Shown in pieces: positions 42,197 through 49,937 of a stretch of DNA of 64,000 bases. This DNA comes from Candidatus Latescibacterota bacterium. GTDB lineage: Bacteria > Latescibacterota > UBA2968 > UBA8231. The notes under the pieces are model-generated. The model made no database searches and was not told the DNA's origin. It saw nothing but the letters and a program-made list of their open reading frames with translations. Each line of letters starts with the position of its first letter. Position 1 is the stretch's first letter. The position numbers were made by a program, and so were the translations under genes. The stretch covers positions 3,840,001 through 3,904,000 of the forward strand of contig OZ241889.1 of the NCBI GenBank assembly GCA_965203355.1, in the 5' to 3' direction.

Positions 42197-43485
42197 ACGG
42201 CGTCGCTCACTATCAGTCTTGCTTTAACCATCTCGTCGGCCCCGGGGCACTGCGGGCACTGCGGCAAAAGGCCATTGAGCACTTTGCCGACGCGGGCTTT
42301 CCCACGACCAAAGACGAGGAATGGGCTTTTACCAACATCGCCCCATTAACTCGAACCGACTTCGAGCTAGCCCCGTCCGCGCCCGCCCCGGCCGCTCTCG
42401 ACGACTACCACTACGGCCTCAACGGGCTGGTCTTTGTCGATGGTCACTTTGCGCCCGCGCATTCTCATCTCAACGGCCTATCGGCCGGGGTGCGCGTGGC
42501 GTGCTTGGGCGATGCCATTGCCGCAAACGGCGACTTGGTTTCGAGCGCCCTAGGCCAAGCCGCCGCCACCGAGAACGAGGCTTTCACCGCGCTCAACACC
42601 GCCTTCCTGCAAGACGGTGCGGTCGTCTATCTGCCTCGGGGTGCGGTCGTCGAGCAACCCATCCACTTGCTGTTTGTATCCACCGGCCAACGCGCCAACG
42701 TCATCTCCCATCCGCGCATCCTCGTGGTCGCCGAAGCCAACGCCCAAGCGACCCTAGTCGAAAGCTACGTCGGCTTGGGGGCGCAACCGTATCTGACCAA
42801 CAGCGTCAGCGAATTCTTCGTCGGCCCCAACGCCGTGCTCGACCACTACCGGATCCAGCGCGAGTCGGCCGCCGCCTTCCACATCGCGGCGACCCACGTC
42901 CGCGAGGAACGCGCCGCTCAATTCCGTTCGACCGCCATCGCGCTCGGCGGACGCCTCACCCGCCATCACGTCCACACTTCCTTAGTGGGCGAAGGCGTTG
43001 ACTCCACGCTCAACGGCCTCTACATCGAAGACGGAGCGCAACACGTCGATAACCACACGCTCATTGAACACGCCCAGCCTCATTGCCAGAGCCACGAGTT
43101 CTACAAGGGCATCCTCGGCGGCCGGGCCACCGGTGTCTTCCGCGGCAAAATCCACGTTCACCAAGCCGCGCAAAAAACCGACGCCTATCAAGCCAATCAG
43201 AATCTCCTGCTCTCCGAGACAGCGCAAATCAACACCAAGCCCCAACTCGAAATCTACGCCGATGACGTCAAGTGTTCGCACGGAGCTACCATCGGCCAAC
43301 TCGACGAAGACGCCCTCTTTTACCTGCGCTCTCGTGGCATGGGCCACCGCGAGGCCGTCCGAGTGCTGACGCGGGCCTTTGCGGGCGAAATCCTCGACCG
43401 CGTGCGCGTCCCCGCCCTCAAAGACCCACTCGACCGCCTAGTGGACCGCCGGCTGGAGCAAGCCACCGCTGAAGTTGCCCGATGA
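42193..43485 (+). CDS. sufD: Fe-S cluster assembly protein SufD
   Basis: PQLEIYADDVKCSHGATIGQLD. Confidence 0.95.
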   Translation: MNGVAHYQSCFNHLVGPGALRALRQKAIEHFADAGFPTTKDEEWAFTNIAPLTRTDFELAPSAPAPAALDDYHYGLNGLVFVDGHFAPAHSHLNGLSAGVRVACLGDAIAANGDLVSSALGQAAATENEAFTALNTAFLQDGAVVYLPRGAVVEQPIHLLFVSTGQRANVISHPRILVVAEANAQATLVESYVGLGAQPYLTNSVSEFFVGPNAVLDHYRIQRESAAAFHIAATHVREERAAQFRSTAIALGGRLTRHHVHTSLVGEGVDSTLNGLYIEDGAQHVDNHTLIEHAQPHCQSHEFYKGILGGRATGVFRGKIHVHQAAQKTDAYQANQNLLLSETAQINTKPQLEIYADDVKCSHGATIGQLDEDALFYLRSRGMGHREAVRVLTRAFAGEILDRVRVPALKDPLDRLVDRRLEQATAEVAR

Positions 43486-44711
43486 CCGCTTCCTTTGACA
43501 TTGCCAAGGTTCGCCGCGACTTCCCGGTCCTCGGCGAGAAAATCCGCGGCAAGGACCTCGTCTATTTCGACAACGGCGCGACCACCCAAAAGCCGCTGAC
43601 GGTCCTCTACGCACTCCAACGCTACTACGCCCGCGAAAACGCCAACATCCATCGCGGCGTCCACTTCCTCAGCCAGCAAGCGACCTTTGCCTACGAGCGC
43701 GGCCGCGGCCGCGTCGGCCAGTTTATCAACGCCCGCGAGAGCAGCGAGATCGTCTTTGTGCGCGGCACCACCGAGGCCCTCAATCTCGTCGCCCACAGCT
43801 ACGGCCGACCGCAGCTAGGCCCGGACGACGAGATCATCGTCTCCCAGCTAGAGCACCACTCCAACATCGTGCCGTGGCAAATGCTGTGCGCGGAAAAGGG
43901 CGCACACCTGCGGGTCGTGCCCATTAGCGATGCGGGTGAGTTCCTCTTCGACGAATACGAAAAGCTACTGTCCGAGCGCACCCGCATCGTCGCCATCGCC
44001 CACGCTTCCAACGCCCTCGGCACCATTCTGCCGGTAAAGGAAATCGCGGCCGCAGCCCATCGGCACGGCGCAGTCGTCGTGGTCGATGGGGCGCAAGGAG
44101 TGCCCCACCTGCCAGTCGATGTGCAAGACCTCGACTGCGACTTCTACGCCTTTTCCGCGCACAAGCTCTTCGGCCCCACCGGCATCGGCGTACTCTACGG
44201 CAAGCAGGCCCTGTTACGCGCCATGCCGCCCTACGAAGGCGGCGGCTCCATGATCGAAAAGGTGAGCTTTGCCGGCACCACGTATGCTCCCCCGCCGACG
44301 CGCTTTGAGGCCGGCACACCGCACATCGCTGGCGTCGTTGGCTTGGAGACCGCCATTGATTACGTCAACGCCGTGGGCCGCGAGCAGATCGCCGCGTACG
44401 AAGCCGACTTGCTCGCGTATGCAGACGCCGCTCTCGCCGCCATCCCGGGGCTGCGCCTGATTGGCACGGCCCGCGAGCGAGTGGCCGTGATCTCCTTCAC
44501 CCTCAGCGACATCCACCCACACGACATCGGCACCATCCTCGACGCCGAGGGCATTGCCGTGCGCGCCGGCCACCACTGCGCCCAGCCGACCATGCAGTTT
44601 TACCAAGTGCCCGCTACGGTGCGCGCCTCGTTGGCTTTTTACAACACGTACGCGGAAATTGACGCCTTGGTCGCGGCGTTGCACAAGGTCAAGAAGGTGT
44701 TTGATGAATAA
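43482..44711 (+). CDS. sufS: Cysteine desulfurase SufS
   Basis: DNGATTQKP, EHHSN, SAHK, RAGHHCAQP. Confidence 0.96.
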   Translation: MTASFDIAKVRRDFPVLGEKIRGKDLVYFDNGATTQKPLTVLYALQRYYARENANIHRGVHFLSQQATFAYERGRGRVGQFINARESSEIVFVRGTTEALNLVAHSYGRPQLGPDDEIIVSQLEHHSNIVPWQMLCAEKGAHLRVVPISDAGEFLFDEYEKLLSERTRIVAIAHASNALGTILPVKEIAAAAHRHGAVVVVDGAQGVPHLPVDVQDLDCDFYAFSAHKLFGPTGIGVLYGKQALLRAMPPYEGGGSMIEKVSFAGTTYAPPPTRFEAGTPHIAGVVGLETAIDYVNAVGREQIAAYEADLLAYADAALAAIPGLRLIGTARERVAVISFTLSDIHPHDIGTILDAEGIAVRAGHHCAQPTMQFYQVPATVRASLAFYNTYAEIDALVAALHKVKKVFDE

Positions 44712-44732
44712 AAAGAATGAGGCATTTCAACC

Positions 44733-45185
44733 ATGACTGAGCTTCGCGAACTGTACCAGCAGGTCATCCTCGATCACAACAAAAATCCGCGCAACTTTGG
44801 CAAGCTGCCCGCGGCCAATCGCATGCAGGAGGGCTACAATCCCCTGTGCGGCGATCACCTGCACATCTATCTCCACGTGGCCGACGAGCGGATTGACGAC
44901 ATTCGCTTTGACGGGTCGGGTTGCGCCATTTCCAAAGCCTCGGCTTCCCTGATGACCACCGCCCTCAAGGGCAAGCGTCCCGACGAGGCGGTTGCCCTGT
45001 TTGAGCAGTTCCACCAGATGGTGACCGCCCAGCCGGATGCGCCCGTCGATCACCAAGCCTTGGGCAAGATGGCCGTCTTCGCTGGGGTGCGCGAGTTTCC
45101 CATGCGCGTCAAGTGCGCGACCTTGGCTTGGCACGCCGCCAAAGCGGCCCTAGCACAAGACCCGTCGCCCGCATCCACCGAATAG
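44733..45185 (+). CDS. sufU: SufU/NifU-family scaffold
   Basis: NPLCGD, GCAISKASAS, RVKCATLAW. Confidence 0.93.
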   Translation: MTELRELYQQVILDHNKNPRNFGKLPAANRMQEGYNPLCGDHLHIYLHVADERIDDIRFDGSGCAISKASASLMTTALKGKRPDEAVALFEQFHQMVTAQPDAPVDHQALGKMAVFAGVREFPMRVKCATLAWHAAKAALAQDPSPASTE

Positions 45186-45200
45186 CAAAGGAACCTTCCC

Positions 45201-45539
45201 ATGGAACTGTTGCACGAAAAAACCTTTCCTTCCGGCTCGACCGAGGCCCAAGTGGTGGCCGTGCTCAAGACCTGTTACGACCCTGAGATTCCGGTCGATA
45301 TTTTTGCCCTCGGCCTGATCTACGACATTGAGGTCAGCGACGCGCAGGATGTCCACGTGACCATGACCTTGACCTCGCCCGCCTGTCCGGTGGCCGGTAC
45401 GCTGCCGCCGGAAATCGAGCACAAGATCAAGGCCCATGTCCCGGGCATCGCCACGGCCCGGGTCGAGGTGGTGTGGGATCCGCCGTGGACGATCGACATG
45501 ATGACCGAAGGTGCCAAACTCGAACTAGGCATGATGTAA
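45201..45539 (+). CDS. sufT: DUF59/SufT-like Fe-S assembly protein
   Basis: YDPEIPVDI, MTLTSPACP, VWDPPW. Confidence 0.85.
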   Translation: MELLHEKTFPSGSTEAQVVAVLKTCYDPEIPVDIFALGLIYDIEVSDAQDVHVTMTLTSPACPVAGTLPPEIEHKIKAHVPGIATARVEVVWDPPWTIDMMTEGAKLELGMM

Positions 45540-45540
45540 C

Positions 45541-46011
45541 ATGAAACTCAGCTCAAGCGAAGAATACGGCTTGCGCTGCCTCTTGCAACTGGCTCGCCAA
45601 ACCCCGGGCAGCCTGACCATTCCGGAGATCAGCCAAGCCGAGGGGATCACCCATCACAACGTCGCCAAGCTCTTGCGCATTCTCCGGCAGGGCGGCTTTG
45701 TGGCCAGTGCCCGCGGCCAGCAAGGCGGCTACGCCCTCGCCAAGCCCCCGGACCAAATCGCCGTGGCCGACGCGGTCGCCGCGTTGGGCGGTCGCCTCTT
45801 CGACGCCGGTTTCTGCGATCACTTCGCCGGCAGCGCGGATTGCTGCACACACTCGCTGACGGCGTGTTCGGTGCGTGCGCTGTGGGAGCAAGTCCAGCAG
45901 GCCGTCGATCGCATTTTATCGCGCACCACCCTCGCCGACCTGCTCGAACAGGGCTACGCCCTCGCCGACGAAGAGGCGTTGCTCGATATATCGGAGAGTA
46001 CGCTGCGATGA
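45541..46011 (+). CDS. Rrf2-family transcriptional regulator (Cys-containing)
   Basis: EEYGLRCL, RGQQGGYAL, C..C..C ligand region. Confidence 0.92.
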   Translation: MKLSSSEEYGLRCLLQLARQTPGSLTIPEISQAEGITHHNVAKLLRILRQGGFVASARGQQGGYALAKPPDQIAVADAVAALGGRLFDAGFCDHFAGSADCCTHSLTACSVRALWEQVQQAVDRILSRTTLADLLEQGYALADEEALLDISESTLR

Positions 46012-47513
46012 AAAAGGTCTTGCTGTGCTGGATCGGTGGAAAAGATTTGGATGCCTCACAAGGAAAAGATGTTGGCGAGGGTCCTATTGCACAGGCCGTA
46101 GAAAAACGCGGGTTTGACGAAGTATTTTTGATTTCAGACTACTCGCCCGACCGTGTAACTGCGTATGTCGAATGGGCTAAGAAAAGGAGCTCGACGCCGT
46201 ACCAACTACGCAGGGTGAAACTTTCAAGCCCGACTCACTTTGGCGAAATCTATGAGGCCGCGAGGGATGTGTGCAAAAAGGCTTTGGGCGACCAACCTGA
46301 TCAAGTCAAATTGACTTTTCACCTTAGTCCTGGTACGCCGGCGATGGCGGCGGTGTGGATCCTCCTAACGAAAATGGGCTTTCCCGCTAAATTAATCGAA
46401 TCTTCAAGAGAGCACGGCGTTCAAACGACGTCTGTTCCCTTTGAGATTCAGGCAAAATATCTGTCCGATCTACTGGCCAAACCCGACGCACAACTCCGCT
46501 CGGCCAGCGCAGGAAAACCCGCAGAAACGGCAGCTTTTGGCGACATAATCTACCGCAGTCAGAAGATGGCGGATTTGGTCGAAAAAGCGAAGCGAGTCGC
46601 AGTGCGGAACGTTCCCGTTTTGCTCGAAGGCGAGTCCGGCACTGGGAAGGAACTTTTTGCCCGCGCCATCCACAAACATAGCCTAAGAAAGGATAAGCCA
46701 TTTATCGCGGTGAATTGCGGTGCAATACCGCGCGATCTGGTGGAAGCCGAACTGTTTGGACACAAAAAAGGCGCGTTTACCGACGCACATGCTGAGCGTA
46801 AAGGTCATTTTGAACAGGCCAATGGCGGTACGCTCTTTTTGGATGAAATCGGCGAGTTACCCAAAAATATGCAGGTGAAATTGTTGCGCGTCCTCCAAGA
46901 AGGCGAGTTCCTCCCCCTCGGTGCATCCACACCCACCAAAGTAGATGTACGCATTGTGGCGGCGACAAATCGGAATCTCGTTGAAGAAGTACGCGAAGGA
47001 CGATTTCGAGAGGACTTGTTTTATCGGATTGTAGTGGCTTACCTCAAACTGCCGCCTTTGCGGGGCCGCGAGGGCGATTTGGGCATGCTGATCCGCCATT
47101 TTATTGATAAAATCAATCAGGAATACGAAAAGGAATACGAAGGACAGCCCGGTTACAAACGTAAAGAAATTTCCCCTAACGGAAAAAATGTTCTCATAAA
47201 CCATTCTTGGCCGGGCAATATACGCGAGTTGGAAAACACCCTGAACCGCGCCATGCTGGCCGACAGCAAAATTCTCGACGAACAAGATATTGAAGATGCA
47301 CTCTTACGCATCGACCATAAGGGCGGCAAAGATATACTGAATCGCCAGTTAGGTGGGGATTTTAACCTAAAGAAACTCATTAGCGAGGTCGCAAGGCACT
47401 ATCTTAAGCGAGCCGACAAAGAATCTCAAAACAACAGAACAGAAGCCGCAAGACTGTTAGGACTTCCCTCTCGTCAGACGTTTGACAACTGGAAGGAGAA
47501 GCACCAAGCATAG
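46008..47513 (+). CDS. sigma54-dependent activator: N-terminal CARF/RtcR-like domain + AAA+ + HTH
   Basis: Start ATG overlaps Rrf2 stop; FHLSPGTPAM CARF-like motif; GESGTGKE, GAFTDA, FLDEIGE, WPGNIREL, C-terminal AARLLG HTH. Confidence 0.85.
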   Translation: MKKVLLCWIGGKDLDASQGKDVGEGPIAQAVEKRGFDEVFLISDYSPDRVTAYVEWAKKRSSTPYQLRRVKLSSPTHFGEIYEAARDVCKKALGDQPDQVKLTFHLSPGTPAMAAVWILLTKMGFPAKLIESSREHGVQTTSVPFEIQAKYLSDLLAKPDAQLRSASAGKPAETAAFGDIIYRSQKMADLVEKAKRVAVRNVPVLLEGESGTGKELFARAIHKHSLRKDKPFIAVNCGAIPRDLVEAELFGHKKGAFTDAHAERKGHFEQANGGTLFLDEIGELPKNMQVKLLRVLQEGEFLPLGASTPTKVDVRIVAATNRNLVEEVREGRFREDLFYRIVVAYLKLPPLRGREGDLGMLIRHFIDKINQEYEKEYEGQPGYKRKEISPNGKNVLINHSWPGNIRELENTLNRAMLADSKILDEQDIEDALLRIDHKGGKDILNRQLGGDFNLKKLISEVARHYLKRADKESQNNRTEAARLLGLPSRQTFDNWKEKHQA

Positions 47514-47527
47514 ACATTTGGCAAAGC

Positions 47528-47543
47528 TGGCACGGAATTTGCT
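47528..47543 (+). promoter_or_regulatory. sigma54 (-24/-12) promoter
   Basis: TGGCAC-GGAAT-TTGCT, 15 bp after the activator stop codon. Confidence 0.85.
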
Positions 47544-47611
47544 TCTCTTCTATCAAGGATATGAAGCGAGGCTCAAATCACCCACCACCCGAAAGAGAAA
47601 GGAGAAATCTA

Positions 47612-47698
47612 ATGCAAAATGTGCTGCCAGCCATACTAGTTTCATTGGCTATATATGCCGGTCAACGCATCATTGATAAGATCGTTGATGGGCTTTAG
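47612..47698 (+). CDS. 28-aa hydrophobic/amphipathic peptide MQNVLPAILVSLAIYAGQRIIDKIVDGL
   Basis: AAAGGAG RBS 7 nt upstream; frame conserved in the duplicate copy. Confidence 0.7.
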   Translation: MQNVLPAILVSLAIYAGQRIIDKIVDGL

Positions 47699-47778
47699 CA
47701 CGTAGCTCAACAGCTCGCTGGGCAGCGTCAATTCGTTGCCCAATCACCCATCACCCCAAAGAGAAAGGAGGTAATCTA

Positions 47779-47856
47779 ATGTTGCCAGCGATATTAATTC
47801 CACTGGCTATATATGCCGGTCAATGCATCATTGATAAGATCATTGATGAGCTTTAG
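47779..47856 (+). CDS. 25-aa paralogous peptide MLPAILIPLAIYAGQCIIDKIIDEL
   Basis: AAAGGAGGT RBS; same stop position as the first copy. Confidence 0.7.
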   Translation: MLPAILIPLAIYAGQCIIDKIIDEL

Positions 47857-47870
47857 CATATAGCCAATAT

Positions 47871-47904
47871 CTCGCTGGGCAGCGTCAACTCGTTGCCCAG
47901 CGAG
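47871..47904 (+). terminator. RNA hairpin after peptide 2 (truncated copy at 47714-47742)
   Basis: CTCGCTGGGCAGCG-TCAACT-CGTTGCCCAGCGAG, one G-U pair, no U-tail. Confidence 0.6.
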
Positions 47905-47940
47905 AGTGCCTTCGTCTAAACCAAACAGAAAGGACTGATT

Positions 47941-48099
47941 ATGGCGCGAAGAACACGCGACGACGCACGGATAAGAACAGTCGAGAAAAAGCTGGGAATC
48001 GGGAACAGCCTCACGAATCCCAACGGACGCAATGCCCGTTCCGATAAAAAACTGGGGAATCTCCGTAAGAGTTGGGAAAAGTCTGGTAAGAAGAAATGA
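47941..48099 (+). CDS. 52-aa basic protein MARRTRDDARIRTVEKKLGIGNSLTNPNGRNARSDKKLGNLRKSWEKSGKKK
   Basis: AGAAAGGA RBS; internal repeat (RDDARIRTVEK / RSDKKLGNLRK; KKLG twice). Confidence 0.7.
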   Translation: MARRTRDDARIRTVEKKLGIGNSLTNPNGRNARSDKKLGNLRKSWEKSGKKK

Positions 48100-48135
48100 A
48101 GTGTCGCAAAATCTATAATGAAAGGAGGTGATTCT

Positions 48136-48219
48136 ATGATAATATGGCAACCGACAGGCCCTTATATCGCTCTTGCCATCTTAAAATCATTATACAAATG
48201 GCTGGCGAAGCGGCGATAG
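48136..48219 (+). CDS. 27-aa Ldr/Fst-like membrane peptide MIIWQPTGPYIALAILKSLYKWLAKRR
   Basis: AAAGGAGGTGA RBS; W..P-hydrophobic helix-W-basic tail. Confidence 0.65.
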   Translation: MIIWQPTGPYIALAILKSLYKWLAKRR

Positions 48220-48229
48220 CAGTTTGTGA

Positions 48230-48271
48230 TTCTATCAGGGGGTGGAGATTTACCTTCGTCTCCTGATAGAA
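48230..48271 (+). terminator. Hairpin closing the peptide cassette
   Basis: TTCTATCAGGGGGTGGAG-ATTTAC-CTTCGTCTCCTGATAGAA: 18-bp stem once G-U pairs are allowed, followed by ATTTCTT. Confidence 0.7.
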
Positions 48272-48276
48272 ATTTC

Positions 48277-48305
48277 TTGACATGTCTTCTTGACACACGT
48301 AGGTT
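48277..48305 (+). promoter_or_regulatory. Possible sigma70 promoter for ATPase operon
   Basis: TTGACA-17 bp-TAGGTT; direct repeat TCTTGACA at 48275 and 48288. Confidence 0.45.
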
Positions 48306-48339
48306 TTCAACGTTCTTCCACTTAACTCGTGAGAAAATC

Positions 48340-49935
48340 ATGGCTATTAAATCTATAACCATAGAAAATTTCAAGGGCATCGGTGACGCCGTGACCATTC
48401 CGATTCGCCCGATCACTTTGCTGTTTGGTAAAAACAGCTCGGGTAAGTCAACAGTGTTGCAGGCCCTGTTATACATGTCACACGTAATAAAATACGAGGA
48501 TCCAGATCCATATAGTACAGATATAGATCGAGGTTATATTGATCTAGGTGGTTTTTATTCTTTAGTACATCGTCATGAATTGGATCGGAATATTCGCATC
48601 CGTATTGAATTCGGCGGTCAAGACCTTGAAAGATTTTATGAAGCTGAAGGTCCTTTTTTAAAGGGGTTACGAGACCCTATCCGTCGTGACTTGTACGGAT
48701 ATCTAAAATCCGTGTGGATAGAAGTTGTAACAGGTTGGAATGCTGAAAAAGATTATACCGAGGTGCTGTCGCTCAGCTTGGGCTTGAATGGAATAGAGTG
48801 GTATTGTAAAACAAATAAAAGACCGGAGATATTTCCTTCTATAAATACAATTGGATCGAATCGCACACAATGGGTTAGTAACCACGGTAGATACGACGGT
48901 ACCAATTATTATAATATTGAGCACCCCATCATTATCGATAATGTAGACAATAAAATGAAGCAAAACATTTTATTAGCACTCACCACTAGGAAGCTAGCCA
49001 AAGATCTTGATCCTCTGTTAGCATCTATACGTCACTCGTATTATAGTATCAGAGATAAGCTGATAAAAATTGGAGTAAGCGTATCGACCAGTATAAGATA
49101 TTTGGGACCAATCCGAAAATTACCCCCTCGCAACTTTGCCCCACAAAAGACACCTAATGAATCAAAATGGGCAACAGGACTAGAGGCATGGAACATACTT
49201 GGTAGAGAAAGAAAATCTCTGATGATCGAAAGTATAAACTACTATATGAAAGATATTTTGAAGCTCGGTTACACTATTAAAAGAAAAGAATACATCTTGC
49301 TGGATATAGATAGCAAGATCATGAAAAACATGGAAGAATCTGACAGCATTAACCGATTAAAAGAGTTACCTCGCCAAGTTAGACTGAAGCTCCACAGCGA
49401 AAAGAATGACGTTGATTTAGATCCCTTAGATGTCGGTTTGGGAATTTCCCAAGTTATTCCCGTTTTGGTGGGAATTAAAAATTTTGCTACGAAGAATATT
49501 TTTGCTGTCGAAAATCCAGAGATTCATCTTCACCCTGCCGCCCAAGTCGCTCTAGGCGACGTGTTTATTGATAGCAAAAATCCAAACAATACTTTACTCA
49601 TTGAGACGCATTCTGAACATCTGTTGTTGAGATTACTTCGACGTGTGCGCGAGACCAATGTTCGTATCTCAGAAAAGTATGATAAGCTGGTAAGGGAAAG
49701 GCGACAAAATTCAATAAATCCTATAGATGAAGATGAGATGCTAGAGCTGGATATTCGTTCTAGGGAATCTGAGCATCCATATCACCACTTAGAGCCAGAC
49801 GATTTATCAATAGTCTATGTCATGCCAACATCAGAGGAAGTCAAGTTAACTCTATTTACTGTAACAGGTGACGGCGACTTCGAAGAACTTTGGCCAGAAG
49901 GCTTTTTTGAAGAACGTATGGAGGAGCTTTTCTAA
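48340..49935 (+). CDS. ABC-type ATPase (AAA_15/AAA_21-like) with DUF3696-like C-terminus
   Basis: IENFKG, GKNSSGKST, GLGISQVIP, VENPEIHLHP, IETHSEH, WPEGFFEER; AT-rich. Confidence 0.85.
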   Translation: MAIKSITIENFKGIGDAVTIPIRPITLLFGKNSSGKSTVLQALLYMSHVIKYEDPDPYSTDIDRGYIDLGGFYSLVHRHELDRNIRIRIEFGGQDLERFYEAEGPFLKGLRDPIRRDLYGYLKSVWIEVVTGWNAEKDYTEVLSLSLGLNGIEWYCKTNKRPEIFPSINTIGSNRTQWVSNHGRYDGTNYYNIEHPIIIDNVDNKMKQNILLALTTRKLAKDLDPLLASIRHSYYSIRDKLIKIGVSVSTSIRYLGPIRKLPPRNFAPQKTPNESKWATGLEAWNILGRERKSLMIESINYYMKDILKLGYTIKRKEYILLDIDSKIMKNMEESDSINRLKELPRQVRLKLHSEKNDVDLDPLDVGLGISQVIPVLVGIKNFATKNIFAVENPEIHLHPAAQVALGDVFIDSKNPNNTLLIETHSEHLLLRLLRRVRETNVRISEKYDKLVRERRQNSINPIDEDEMLELDIRSRESEHPYHHLEPDDLSIVYVMPTSEEVKLTLFTVTGDGDFEELWPEGFFEERMEELF

Positions 49936-49937
49936 CA

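Larger units (their letters stand above)
47576..47904 (+). repeat. Tandem duplication (period 166 bp) of an RBS-peptide-hairpin unit
   Basis: aatcaccca..aaagagaaaggag..ORF..ctcgctgggcagcgtcaa(t/c)tcgttgccca, starting at 47576 and 47742. Confidence 0.9.

Noticed and set aside
45840-46007. N-terminal extension of the sigma54 activator (557-aa ORF)
   Set aside because: Overlaps the Rrf2 gene out of frame; composition shifts at ATG 46008
47576-47904. CRISPR array or integron attC array
   Set aside because: Only two long units with no unique spacers, no cas genes or integrase; each unit contains an RBS and ORF
47794-48150. 118-aa minus-strand ORF in the track
   Set aside because: Shadow of plus-strand peptides that have strong RBSs, a promoter and strand-specific G-U hairpins
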